Origin: Chara braunii
Taxonomy: Eukaryota > Plantae > Charophyceae
DNA length: 43,263 nucleotides
Assembly (NCBI GenBank): GCA_003427395.1
Contig: BFEA01000020.1
Coordinates: forward strand, 4,709,433-4,752,695
Reading direction: 5' to 3'
A model generated the notes under the pieces. The model was given only the letters and a program-made list of their open reading frames with translations, had not been told where the DNA came from and ran no database searches. Made by a program: the position numbers and the translations under genes. Shown in pieces: positions 22,322 to 34,781 of this stretch; position 1 is the stretch's first letter; every line of letters begins with the position of its first letter.

Positions 22322-23957
22322 TCGCTGTGATCTCTGTGTCATGGCATTCACAAAAAAATGAAATATGTAAAAACGCTCTGAATGGTATGCGCAATCTTTT
22401 AAACCCTGCCTTAAGAAATAGTAACTCATCCACCGTCACAAACTTGTTGGATGTGACCTTGTCCTTGGCCACAAGTTTGCATATGATGTCCATAATGATA
22501 GGATCTTGGTTGTGGGCGTCCATGAAAGATCGAGTTATGTTGTCAGATCGACCAAACTAAGCTATCAGTTCACCCAGGGAGTCTGCCCTGACAATGCATC
22601 CTATCTTGATCCACTTGAGTGTCTGATGATTGGTCCTCAAATAAAACAACCTACCAAGCAAATAGTGGCTCCAATGACGAAGGGCTTTGTAAAGGATGAG
22701 TTTCCTCGCATAGGTGGACTCTGCCAAAATTTTAAATGGTGTCTTCTTACTCGTTAATCGGCCTTAACTTCTTTCTTGTTGGGCCAACGTCGTGTCAATG
22801 CCATCTAGGCTTCGGTTATTGGTCACAGCGAGAAAGTTTTTATGACGAGGACATGAGGATTTCATGACGAATGTTTGACAGCTCCTTCACATTTGTCTGT
22901 CCATTCCCATGGTGTGTCAAGGCATGTTAGATCAGTCAAAGGGGAGGTGACCATACTATAATTCTTGATGAAATTGTGAGAATAGCAGGTCTTTCTTAAA
23001 CCACCAGTACCTGGCCCATATATCGGCCGAGGGCCTTAGCGTTAACACTAGGCGAAGTTCGCGCGAGATGATTTGTTGTCATCCTCGATAATGGCGCCAG
23101 TTGTTGAGAATAGGACAAAGGTGATAACCGTCCAAACCATGTTGGACAGGTGTTGAATAACGGGGTTACAACATGAGAAACAACTTGGGGACAAATAAAA
23201 AATCCCACGAAGTGCCAAAACGGTTGTGGTTGCTTTGTTCCTTCGCCGCTCTATCTGAGTGCACCAACCCTATCACCCCAGGTCCCCTAACACAGGATAG
23301 ATTCATATTTGTGAAGGAGGTCATGTCTTTCTTAAACCACCAATACTCGCCCCAGCTATCGCAGTCGAGCCTGGAGGTGCCCTGCACGCTGTTTCCCGCC
23401 GAAGCGCCAATTCGATTTGGGTTTTCGGAAAGGCTGGCAGCACCAGCCTTCCAGATCTGGTTGCCCCAAGCTCGATACCCTTCGATCCCCTTCGAGGATT
23501 GATAAAAATTTGGATCGTTTTTCGATCTCTGTCTGTCATATTTGTGCAGGCTAGGATTCATCCACACAGTTGATTTCAGCTGTGTGATCTTAATGTTTGT
23601 GCGGTCTAAATCGGTCAGGTTGTGATGCCTTGACCCATGGCCTGCGCCAAAAAAAGGACCTAGCACCTGAAGGGTGCAATAAAGTCTCATTCATTGTATC
23701 CGTTAGCGTAATGCACTAGCTCCCATCATGAAAGCTAAAAGGGCAACCTTTCTATTTGAGGGGGATTGCAACATGTTTGAAAATAGCGGAAAAGATTCGT
23801 GAGCCATTCGGTGTATGGTTAAGTTCATGAATCATGGGGAAACAAACATAAGTGGAAGTGGTATTCTCAATGGTAACGAACTTGGAGTGGAGGGTTTGCA
23901 CAGGAGAAAGTGTACAGGCTGTTTGCAGGCAACAGATGCAAGATGAAATGGACCATA

Positions 23958-24155
23958 TCTTTCTTGTAATTTTGAACACTAGACCAACCTACTAACATGC
24001 AAATAGGTATTAAGAACGTATTCAACACCACAAAGAATAAAGAAATCCCATCTAGACCTATATAAAAATTGAGTAAGGAATTCATCATATTGTTTCAAAA
24101 AATTGGAATTTAGTTGCAGAATTCTCAAATTGTATCCAAAACAATAGAGTATAAA
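23958..24155 (-). pseudogene. nad4: NUMT: second, more degraded nad4 fragment
   Basis: Highly similar to about 7638-7845 (NFYIGLDGISLFFVVLNTFLIPICMLVGWSSVQNYKK), with a 7-bp deletion at a ttga microhomology and other small indels. Confidence 0.92.
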
Positions 24156-26428
24156 CATTCGTTTACAACAAAAATAGTTTCATAATTACCAAGTTGCTGC
24201 TTATTCAAGATTATGGTTATTCTATCGAATTGTTTTGTTTTACAATTGCTATATTGTTTTTAATATTTAAGAGTCGATTGTTTGGCTATAGGGCTTTGCC
24301 TAGTAGGCCATGTGTTGTGTGTCGCTTTTGGTTGTCTTTGGTTGAGCTATCAACTCGTACATCCGGAGTAACTCACGTAGGAGTTAGACTATGTTGGCAT
24401 GACATTGACATTTGTTTTTGCTGTCCGCATGGTTTCTAACCTGCAGACATCTAGCATTGTTCTGCTTCGGTGAGGATGCTTCTGTCTCCTTTCGGTCACC
24501 TTTTGTTGACCTATCAACTCGTGAATCTGGAGTAACTCACGTAGGAATTATACAATGTTGGTGTGGCTAGGACCGTGTGCTTTCGCGACTTTGTTAGGAA
24601 TTGTGTTTGATTGGTCACACTGTGGATTATAGCCATTATTCTCGGATGTTTAAGCTTTTTGAGTAATTGAATTTAAGAAAATGTTTACAAAAATTTTGAA
24701 AATATCGGGCAGATATCCTTGTTAGGATTTCCGCCTCAATAGTGGGCAATGATGAATGCTAACCACCTTTGCATCTTTGGGCATAACCCTATTTCCATAT
24801 ACCTCATGACTTAAGCCACCACTACCTATCGGTGTTTATGGCCCGTGGCTCAGGCGATCGGTATCCCCAACCTTGTCAAGCGTTGGGCATTTTTTTTAAT
24901 TGATCTTATACTTGTGTTGTTTAAGGGTGTTCAGCACAAGATTTAAGTATTGTATATACTTGTCAACAGTCTTAATAAAGATAAGAATGCTGTTGAGATA
25001 TACGACATTAAACTTATTCCAAGTAGTTATGAAATACCTTATTCATGCGCGGTGGAATGTATCCGCCATATTACAAAGGCCAAAAGACATCATCGCAAAC
25101 AAATACTGTATGTGCATGGTTTGAAATGCAATTTTTTCGTTGTTGATTATCCGACACTGGCAATGTGATGGTAATCGTATTGACGATCTATTTTAATTAA
25201 GTACTTACATCTTTGCACTTTATTCAATGGGTCGTCGATGCAAGGTAGAGGCTTTGTGTTTTTAAGTGTGATGAGATCGAGGAGTCTATAATCAATGCAC
25301 ATTTGTAATGATCCCCCCTTCTTCATAACAAATAACATGGTTGAAATGAATGGGGAAGTGCTCTGTGAGCTTTTTCAGTGGTCGTCGAAGCTTGTCGGAC
25401 TGGGATGGAGCCATTTTATAGATCCTCCCCTTTGGTGGTGTCTTTGGGATCAAGTTTATGACACGAACAACCTCTCTGTCGACGATTCCTGAAGGCTTCT
25501 CGAACAGATTCGGGTATTTAGCAACGACGATCTCAATCTCTAGGGATGATTTATCGACCTTCATGTCTCGGAGACGCATACTGAGTACATACTGTACTTT
25601 GGTTCAGTTTGTAATAATTACGGAACGCTGATGCACGTGTGCACTCGTAGGAGGCAACTAACTTACTAGCTGCGTACTTAGCTAGTCTAATGGACCTCCT
25701 GTCAGGAAGTACATGCTTAAATACTTTTCGGTTTCAGTAAAAGTGGGGTTTGACAACCTCGAGGTAGCACATACGTAACAGTATGTTAAACGACAAGTGA
25801 ACACTAATCAGGAATGAAATTTTATGATTAAGTTTCCCACCTCTGTTGGAGAAGGTGCAGACGACGGCCTTCACGTAGTTTTTGCAAACATGCGTTATTT
25901 ATTGGATAGGGTAGATGCTACATGTGTACTCGAGCGTTGCATCTGGTCCCCTAGGTGCAGTCTCTTAACGTAGTCGCTTGTGGTGACCAACACTGATTTC
26001 TAGTATGAAATGTTTCCCCCCAAGACTTTAGGATATAGCCACCCAAGACTCATGAGGGTCCGTTGCCGACCAATCGTCTTCCAAGTCTTTCAAGGTTTGA
26101 CACATCTAGTGAGCACAGTATTGTTTGGTATAGATGTGTCTATGGGGTGATAAGCGAGTTAGTAGCTTAGGCCAAGTCTCGAAGTGGTGAGGGTAAACCA
26201 TCCACTTCATGATGAATAGAAACAACTATAACTTTTACTGGTTGGATGTGTTTCCCTGGGTTTAGTTTGTAAAAGTTCCTCCTTGGAAAACCAGTGGGGG
26301 GGGGGGGGGGGGTGTATCTTATGAAAGTCCGCATTTTTATATCTGAATTGTTGATGGTCAGATTCGCGCATAGTTGATGCAAGCTCCTCGGGAATATATG
26401 TCTTTCCACACATATTGATCTCGGTCAA

Positions 26429-27652
26429 CCCTCGTTCGAGTGGGAGTATTGTTTGAGTTTTCAGTTTGCCTTTGACTCTTTTGTTTGCCACCCTTACTGC
26501 GACCAACTTCCTTTTCTTTAGTTACTGCAGGGAGGTTTCCACCCTCTAAACTCTCCTCGCCGCCCAACTTTGTATCCTCCACAAAATCGGAAAGATCATC
26601 GATCTCGGTTTACTCATGGAAATCAGCCATCATCAATCGACTACAGTGTTCTAGGAACTTCTTTTTTCTATCGTCAAGTGCAGGTTGTTGAGCTCCTCTT
26701 AGCTTAACCTCTAAAACTAAGACCTTTTTGATAAAGGAGTCGTGAGTATGATAATTGACGTTGGCCTCACTTACAATCAAGATCTTGATGTCTGTGAGAA
26801 GACATCTCAAAAACATGGTCAACAAGACGTGGATTATAGACCCTCGTTTGAGTCAGAGTATTGTTTGAGTTTTCAGTTTGCCCTTGACTTTTTTATTTGT
26901 CACCCTTATTGTGACCAACTGCCTTTTCTTTAGTTACTGCAGGGAGCTTTCCACCCTCTAGGCCCTCCTTACCGCCTAACTTTGTATCCTCCACAAGATC
27001 GAAAAGATCATCGATCTCGGTTTACTCCTCATCGAAATCAACCATCATCAATCGACTACAGTGTTCTAGGACCTTCTTCTTTCTAATGTCAAGTGCAGGT
27101 TGTTGAACTCCTCTTAGCTTAACCTCTAAAACTAAGACCTTTTTGATGAGTCGAGAGTATGATAATTGATGTTGGCCTCACAAGATTTTGATGTCTGTGA
27201 GAAGACATCTCAAGAACATGGTCAACAAGACGTGGATTATAGACCCTTCAAGTCGGAATATTGTTTGAGTTTTCAGTTTGCCCTTGACTCTTTTGTTTGC
27301 CACCCTTATTGCGACCAAATGCCTTTTCTTTAGTTACTGCAGAGAGGTTTCCACCCTCTAGACTCTCCTCGACGCCTAACTTTGTATCCTCCACAAGATC
27401 GGAAAGATCATTGATCTCGGTTTACTCCTCATCGAAATCAGCCATCATCAATTGACTACAGTGTTCTATGACCTTCTTCTTTCTATCGTCAAGTGCAAGT
27501 TGTTGAGCTCCTCTTAGCTTAACCTCTAAACTAAGACCTTTTTGATAAAGGAGTCGAGAGTATGATAATTGATGTTGGTCTTACTTACAATCAAGATGTT
27601 GATGTCTGTGAGAAGACATATGAAGAACATAGTCAACAAGACGTGGATTATA
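26429..27652 (-). repeat. About 405-412-bp gag segment in 3 tandem copies
   Basis: Units start near 26429, 26841 and 27244; a more diverged homologous segment lies at about 27930-28300. Confidence 0.92.
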
Positions 27653-29052
27653 GCGCACTCCATGGACAACGATGAGCTTTTCAACGACAACGGTAAGTTA
27701 TCTCGTGGAATTGTACTTCCTAGTATGAAGCATGCCGACGCATCCTTGGTTTGCTTGCTGAGCCTGTTGAAGATTGTGCCATCGTGTTTCTACTGACTTC
27801 ACGAAACCCTGTGTGGGTTTGCGTTCAGTCATTCATTCGTTTGGCGAAATCGTTAGAGACCACTAGTTTATCTAACTATTGAGGCAACACATATTATATT
27901 TTTCCCATGCAATATCATCTTCGTCTTTACCGTGCCAACTGCCTTTCCTTTAGTTACCTCGGGGAAGTTTGTACCCTTTAAATTTTCCTTGTCGCCTAAT
28001 TGGCTATCCTCCACAATAGGGGAAATATCATCGCTTTTGGTTTGATTCTTATCAATATCAGTCATGATCAATCGACTACGTTGCTTTTTTCACAGTTTTG
28101 GCACCTTCTTCTTTCTATCATTCGATGCAGGTTGTTGAGTTCCTCTTAGGTTAGCCTCTAAATGTAAGGCCTTCTTGCTAAATCGGTCAAAAATATGATA
28201 ATCGATGTTGGCCTAGTTTACCATCAAGTTATTAATGTTTGTGGGAAAACACCTCAAGAACACGGTCAACAAAACATGTGGATTATAGCGCACTTCAGGG
28301 ACGACGATGAGTTTTCAACGACAGTGGTAATTTCTTGCGCGGACTTGTACTTCCTAGCATCAAGCATGCCAATGCATCAGTGGCTCGCTGAGCCTGTTGA
28401 GGGTTGTGCCATTGCTTTTTTAGGAACTCCATAAAACTTTCAAATGTGTGGGTTTGCCCCCGAAGCCTGTCGAAACTGTTGGAGATCACTAGTCCACCTA
28501 ACCATCTTGTTGTCAAGCCCTCAAAATATGAGGCGACTCTGATCATTTTTTTCTCACGCAATATCTTTTTCGCCTTCACCCACATTGGAACCGTTCTCAC
28601 CTAGGTGTCGAGTGCCTCATCCTTCTTATCACCAGATGAGGTATGAGGTGGGGTACCAAGGCTGTCGTGGTCCCATTTTTAGGACGGATTGCTGCCTCAT
28701 ATTGGAATTGTTCCAACCAGGTGTCGGGTGCCTCATCCATTTTATCACCAAATAAGGTGTGAGGTGGTTTCAATGGAGTCTCGGTGTACCAAGGCTGCTG
28801 TGGTTCCATCTGTGAGACCGACTGCTGCCTCATAGCTGCAGCAGTTGGGCTTGAGGATGAAGAAGCAACACTTTGTGTTGTTGCTGTTGACGTACCACTT
28901 GGTGGTAGATCAAATTGAAGACAAAGGGTTCTAGCATTGTCGGATATGCTCATGGTGGCTAGAGACTGGGCCCGTCTGTTGTGGAAAAAAGGTTTGGGCT
29001 CTAGAGACATCATGTTAAATTTATTTGTTAGGGTGAGTGTTCGCACCGTCAC

Positions 29053-29074
29053 TCACGCACGCACAAACACACAC

Positions 29075-29132
<58 letters not shown>

Positions 29133-29146
29133 ACACGCACGCGCGC
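29053..29146. repeat. (CA)n microsatellite
   Basis: Direct observation. Confidence 0.97.
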
Positions 29147-29503
29147 CCNCCTAGTGACCCTAATGTGTCCAGCCGTTTTCACGGCCGAATCCGTGTTCAA
29201 AAGTGGGTAGGTACCAACAGGTAGGAGGCCGGCCCAGCACTACAAAAGGCTGGGTACCAGCCTTAGCGATAGGTTAGCATGAACTAAAGGTTAGTCTTCA
29301 GGATTAGCGGATCGGTTCAGCGTTAGCTCAATTAGCGCATCGCTGCAGCACAACGAGGAGCAGCGAGAGAGAGCAAGAGTTCAGCGGCGAGAGGATTAGC
29401 GCAGCGTTGGGCGCAGCGCCAGTTACCGGCCCAACCCCCTTCCAGCACCATAGCTACTGTGGCTGGTACCAGGGAGGAAGGCTTCACCTTCTCTCCCTCA
29501 TCT

Positions 29504-29504
29504 C

Positions 29505-29573
<69 letters not shown>
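29504..29573. repeat. (CT)n microsatellite
   Basis: Direct observation. Confidence 0.97.
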
Positions 29574-29576
<3 letters not shown>

Positions 29577-30195
29577 CTACCTTCTCAGTCTAAGTTTAAT
29601 TTTGGGTTCTCATACGGGACTACTGCAGTATGAAGGATGGTTACGAATTCTGATAACATTGGAAACAACGATATTGGGACTACGAGTTGAGGACTACTTG
29701 GGGATCTGATTTCATCTTCCTTTTGAAGATGTACTTGACAGTGTGAGATCGATATCTGAGATATTGTGAGACTTCGCATTCGCGACATTTCGGATTTTCG
29801 TCACTTCTGACATTTCAAGATACTATCTTTGGACACATTGAGTTGACGTCATTTTCCCTCTCCTCCTCCTTTCGTCTCTCCATCTCTCCCTTCGTCCGTG
29901 GATGATCTCAGCCCCTGGACTCACGTCTATGTCTGAGGCCAGGGCATTCACACCCCTGATGAATGCTCGAGAGTGCTCGATTGCAGTCCGAGTCAGTCCA
30001 AGGTATCTCAAGTCTTCCGCTTGCATTTGTATTAACTCTGTATTATCTGGTCGGTTCTGGGAATCTGCGCCATACTTATGACTTTGTTTCACGAGTATGC
30101 AACAACAACTCTGCATGTCTGCTGGTTAAATGTGCTGGTTGATTTGCTGCAAGACACGTACTCTACTGCCTGAACTACAGAGTGCAAAGCAGGTA

Positions 30196-30233
30196 CTGTC
30201 TCTTATACACATCTAGATGTGTATAAGAGACAG
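30196..30233. other. Nextera mate-pair junction adapter (two Tn5 mosaic ends), technical artefact
   Basis: Exact CTGTCTCTTATACACATCT + AGATGTGTATAAGAGACAG. Confidence 0.99.
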
Positions 30234-30853
30234 CGCCCCACGCGAACAAGGAGCAACCTGCCAGCCAACTTTTTTTTTTTTGTGTGGAAACTGCTCTGTC
30301 CTGGGCCTGTAGTTATTTGTCTTGCTGCCTGTGAGGAACAACTACAATTCCTATTGGTCCGACGTATTTCTCGAAGTTGTGCCAGAACTGCTGGTAACAT
30401 TGCTACCCAGGGAATCGGAAGAGACCGGCGCCTGCCCCATCGTAGGCGGGGTTTTTTCTGTTACCTTCTTGTTTCGGCACATGAATTGGTTATGGCTGTA
30501 TTGGACACAACGGATACAAGTCTGTCGGGAGTAACGGTCTCTCTACACGTCCTCAGTAAGACCCGCTTTCGCCCATGGAGGAGCATTGGGGTCTACTTGA
30601 CTCCTAGATCGGGAGCCTCTGCGGCGTCTATCGGTCACATTACCTTTTTGTTGCACAGAGGCAGCGACCGCTCCACCCCCTGAAGCCAAGGGATATCGAG
30701 AAGGAGCAATCCTACCCTATAAAAGGACAGACGAAAACACTTGCAAAGAGATAGAGACCAAAGAAGAGAGAAAGAAAAAGTGGAAGATCAACTTGCGGAT
30801 CTTAATTCGAGCATGTGTCACCCTGTGACATACAGAGCTGCTTTGCTGCAGCA

Positions 30854-30908
<55 letters not shown>
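30854..30908. repeat. Compound (CT)n(GT)n microsatellite
   Basis: Direct observation. Confidence 0.96.
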
Positions 30909-30909
<1 letters not shown>

Positions 30910-33300
30910 AACCCTATCGATTGTGACTGATCACTTATATTGTACAGACTGTTGTCCATATATGCGTGCATATTTTGTCTACTCAACTTGATGACATTTC
31001 CCGCATCATCAAGGACTGAGTCATCTAACCCTTCTAATGCAGCCATATCATCCTATCTGTTTTCCATTCTGTTTTTTCTATTTGTAATCTTAGCTTGTTT
31101 TTCTGTAGCTTCATTGAGTTATCTTTTTAGTTGTTAGTGGAGTAGTACTTGTTGTTGTTCTTCCTAGTGGGCGGAGTTGGTTGGTTATATTGTGAGTCTG
31201 CCATCTGATTGGAGATGGTCTTGACTTGACCCATTAGATGAGTCAAAAGACAGTGAAGGAACCTAATGTTTGCTAACCTTCAGAGGTTGTTGCAGAAGTT
31301 GTCATAGCTTCAACACTAGTTGTTGTTGCTGCTAACACACGTTTCGTTATTGTTGCTACCTCCATAGCGGTTTGCAAACATTGGACCATTGCTTCGTCCC
31401 GGAACCTTCTCTCATCCTCTAGTAACAAAGCTTGGAACACCGTTGGAATATTGTGTGTCCTGACGCATCCATACTCTGTCATCATCTGGTCCTCCCCGCT
31501 ATCTGTGCCACTCATAAGCTAAGCATACCACTGTAGACTGGTCAGTTCTATGCGAGGCGTGTACCAGACCGTATGTAAAGAACCTCTGGTGACGATCTGA
31601 TACCTGGTTCGCATCGTGGTCTTGTTTGCGACGTGAACTAATTACTGTGGACTTCAGGGGTTGTCCTTAAATTACCCTTTGGTCTACCAGGTCGTTGGAG
31701 TAATGCTCGTTGAACTCGAGGATAAATAAAGGCCAGAGCTGGTCAGAAGCGGATTTTTGCGCACAAGGATGGGTCGTTGTGCACACCGTAGACACCACTA
31801 CTTGATGATGCAATGAGGAACGTTGAATACAAGGGATGAAAGGTTTCAATTGGTACTCGAAGGCACACATTATTGTATTCATTTCTACGTGCACTTGCGC
31901 AAGTGATTTATTTTATTTTGATTAGCTAAGGTGTGACCGACTGTTAACACCTAACATACAAAATTAAGGTAGAACTGTCCAGTGATATGCTCATCATCTA
32001 GGCATACCAAGTTCCCTCTACATTGTTAACTGACCAGTATATGTTCCCTCTACATTGCAGCAAGTTCTTAAGGGACAAAGGAGCAAAGCATACGTGCTCT
32101 ACTCCCATGGGTTGGCATGGTGACCCTGACCCGTGCTTCGACCATGGCCCTTCAGGCATGCCCAACCATGCTCCCCTCTCCTCGGGAGTGGTTAATCATG
32201 CCAGCGCAAATGTATCCTCATTGTGGAGAAGCGCATCGAGTAACAGAGTCGCTAGTGTTAGTAACGACGATATCGAACCGACTTTGATACCAAATTGCTA
32301 GGAATATGAGGGAGAGCGATAGACACAAATCCAAATTACAAAATCATGAAGTAGCCCAGAGTGCAAAATTGATTGCACAGACTCTTTCTTCTTGTTAGAG
32401 CCTTTCGTAATTAACTTCAGGTAACCTAACGGTCGCCCACATACTTGCTCCATTGGCGTGCAGATAGTCATGTACCAATCAGAGAGCACAGTTCACCAAG
32501 ATACAGTTTAAATAATAGCAATACAATTAACTCATATGTCAAGGTGACGCTCTCTGGTAACACGAACATAGTATCCAATATCGCTCCTACTGTCTAGCGT
32601 CCAGTGCCTAGTCTACTCTACTCAGCTTACCTGACCTATCTGCGTTCATGCAATGGGGACAGATCGAAGTTGAAGACCAACGTACGTGAAGTCGATCATC
32701 AATGCAGACTGCCAGTATACCCCAGGTAGGTGTCTTACTCCTTCCCTCATCACCCCGGTCTTCCCCCAACGCATGTGCCTCCTACCCGAAGAGAACGAGC
32801 GCCATCACCACACCTACGCCCTAGCAACCCGGCTATGACCGTCGTGCGCCCGCTGCCTCAACAATACCCCTCTCATCTCAAGGCCCGGTGCGTCTAGCCC
32901 GCAACTTAGCGTAGCTGCTCATGCGTTAATGCAGCAGCCTTGCCACACGACTCTGTTTGGCCATAATAATCCCGCCTGGGCATGACTTTTTTTTATTATG
33001 GAAAGTGCGGCCCCGTATCTGACTGCGTGGACCTAGGCGCCGTGCAATTAGGCATGTCCAGGCAGCTTCCCAGACTCCACGTGTTTGGAGCGATCTGATT
33101 GGCTCGTAGCATATGAGAGACATTGGAGCTGCTTTCTCATTGGTTTGCGGTCTCTACGTCATGTGTTGGCCTCTCAGTGCGTGTGCCCAGGGTGCAACCA
33201 TTTGAGCCCTGGGCTCAACTGTACGATATAACTGCTACTTCTGAAAGGAGCCAAGAAAGTGCAATAACTTAACTCAAATCATGCATTAGTCGTTGGTTAT
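30910..33300 (-). mobile_element. 5' portion of an LTR retrotransposon: LTR, PBS(iMet), leader and decayed gag-like region
   Basis: Minus strand ...ctagCA att TGGTATCAaagt at 32297-32281 is an LTR end followed by a tRNA-iMet primer-binding site. Stop-ridden coiled-coil reading at 30910-31600. The distal LTR boundary is approximate. Confidence 0.6.
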
Positions 33301-33304
33301 GGAT

Positions 33305-33487
33305 TGTCATTTTGGTCTAAGGGCTGAAGTATGGGTCAACATCCACGCCCAAGTCATGAAAATTGCCTAAGTCATGAAAATTGCGATGGACATTAGACCT
33401 GTAGACTGCCTGTGTTGGCCCAAGTCATGAAAATTGTCTACCCAAGTCATGAAAATTGCCTGTCATTTTGGTCTAAGGGTTGAAGTG
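33305..33487. repeat. Short repeat cluster (aagtcatgaaaattg x4; tgtcattttggtctaaggg x2)
   Basis: Direct observation. Confidence 0.85.
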
Positions 33488-34666
33488 TAGGGTACTCGAA
33501 GCAAGGCCTAAAATTGGCCTTTAGAGGCCCAACGTATGATGAAAAGTCGAAGGTCAACAGGAGCTCGGAAATTCAAGCTCACGAGTCAAAGTCAACACGG
33601 ACCCAGACCAGGCCACCGATCAGATACACACACTTGGTTGTTTGCAGGTATCTCTCAAGAATCAAGTCCAAGTGAGAACATGCAATTATATGGGATCCAT
33701 GCCATTGATTGCGAGTCAATTTGGACCATCGCATATGAGAAGCCAGAGGCTCGTCGATGGGAGTGAACACTATATGTTGACCCAGCCCCTACTGAACGAC
33801 ATTCAGTCTTGCACATGCTTCTTGACACTGGATGGACGTTGGATGAACGTTGGCTTGACACTGGCACTACGCTGATGCGAGGATGCGAGACTGCTACTGC
33901 TTAGTGTTGACGCCTTCATTGTCTACAGTGCCAGCTGAGCACCATATTATGTTAACGTAGCTCTCGACACACTGTCTATAACATTAATGAGATGCTTACA
34001 AGGAGGAGGATCAAGGTTGTGAGATTAATTGATCTTACGGAAAGCTTACATGTATGCGTTTGTGTTGATATTGCGCATTGTTGTTCATCTTCAGACGAGT
34101 CTACATGGTGTGCATCATTATAAGATTTGTTTATTGTCAGAGCCTGTCAAAGGAGACTGTGTATTAATGTGGCGAGTAGGGGATGCCCAAAGGAGTGGGC
34201 TAGTGAGGGAGGTGTATCTGCCAAGTTAACGAGTACTTTCTCTTCCACCCTCTAAGTTTTTTCTCCCTCCCATCTGTCTCTTTTCTGATCATGTGATAGT
34301 GGCCTATCTAATTACAAGTATGATTTCAAAGGCATTGAAAATGCGTTAAGACGTTTTGTGTTCAGACATTGACAAGCTTTCCATCTGACTAGGTTCATTG
34401 CAATATGGTATCGGAGCGGCGTTCTCCATTCGTCGTTATTTGTTGATCTGCGCAGTATCGCGCAGTGATATACTAATCGTGTACTTGATTTCACACTTCG
34501 CACACCTTGATATATCGCATTGTTGAACACGCGCACATTTTTTTATGGCGCACTTGACAACTTGACGCGGGAGATTTATCTGATGATGATGACGATATGA
34601 TGATGACATGGACCTGACACCGTAAGTGAGATAACGTTGGCATGGCGTTGGGCAATCGGCAAGATC

Positions 34667-34781
<115 letters not shown>

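Larger units (their letters stand above)
21440..29052 (-). mobile_element. Decayed Ty3/gypsy LTR retrotransposon internal region (gag, protease, RT, RNase H, integrase)
   Basis: gag (PWYTETPLKPP..FGDKMDEAPDTWL / RTVPMWVKAK..VASYFEGLTTRWL) 28300-29050; RT (PPKGRIYKMAP, LFVMKKGGSLQMCIDYRLL..ITLKNTKPLPCIDD, MSFGLCN, VVYLNSILIF as decayed YLDD) 24725-25580; RT end (NFIKNYSMVTSPLTDLT..DTPWEWT) about 22870-22985; integrase (QSLSTDF, TIVSDKDVPFT, HPEANRQPEQMN) 21470-21990. Gypsy domain order, many stops and frameshifts. Confidence 0.92.

Noticed and set aside
23321-23400. AIAGASIGGL as a Rossmann FAD-binding motif
   Set aside because: Lacks the GxGxxG pattern and is followed immediately by a stop.
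30196-30233. Natural Tn5/IS50 insertion or horizontal transfer
   Set aside because: The mosaic end is a synthetic sequence, and the back-to-back arrangement is the mate-pair adapter.
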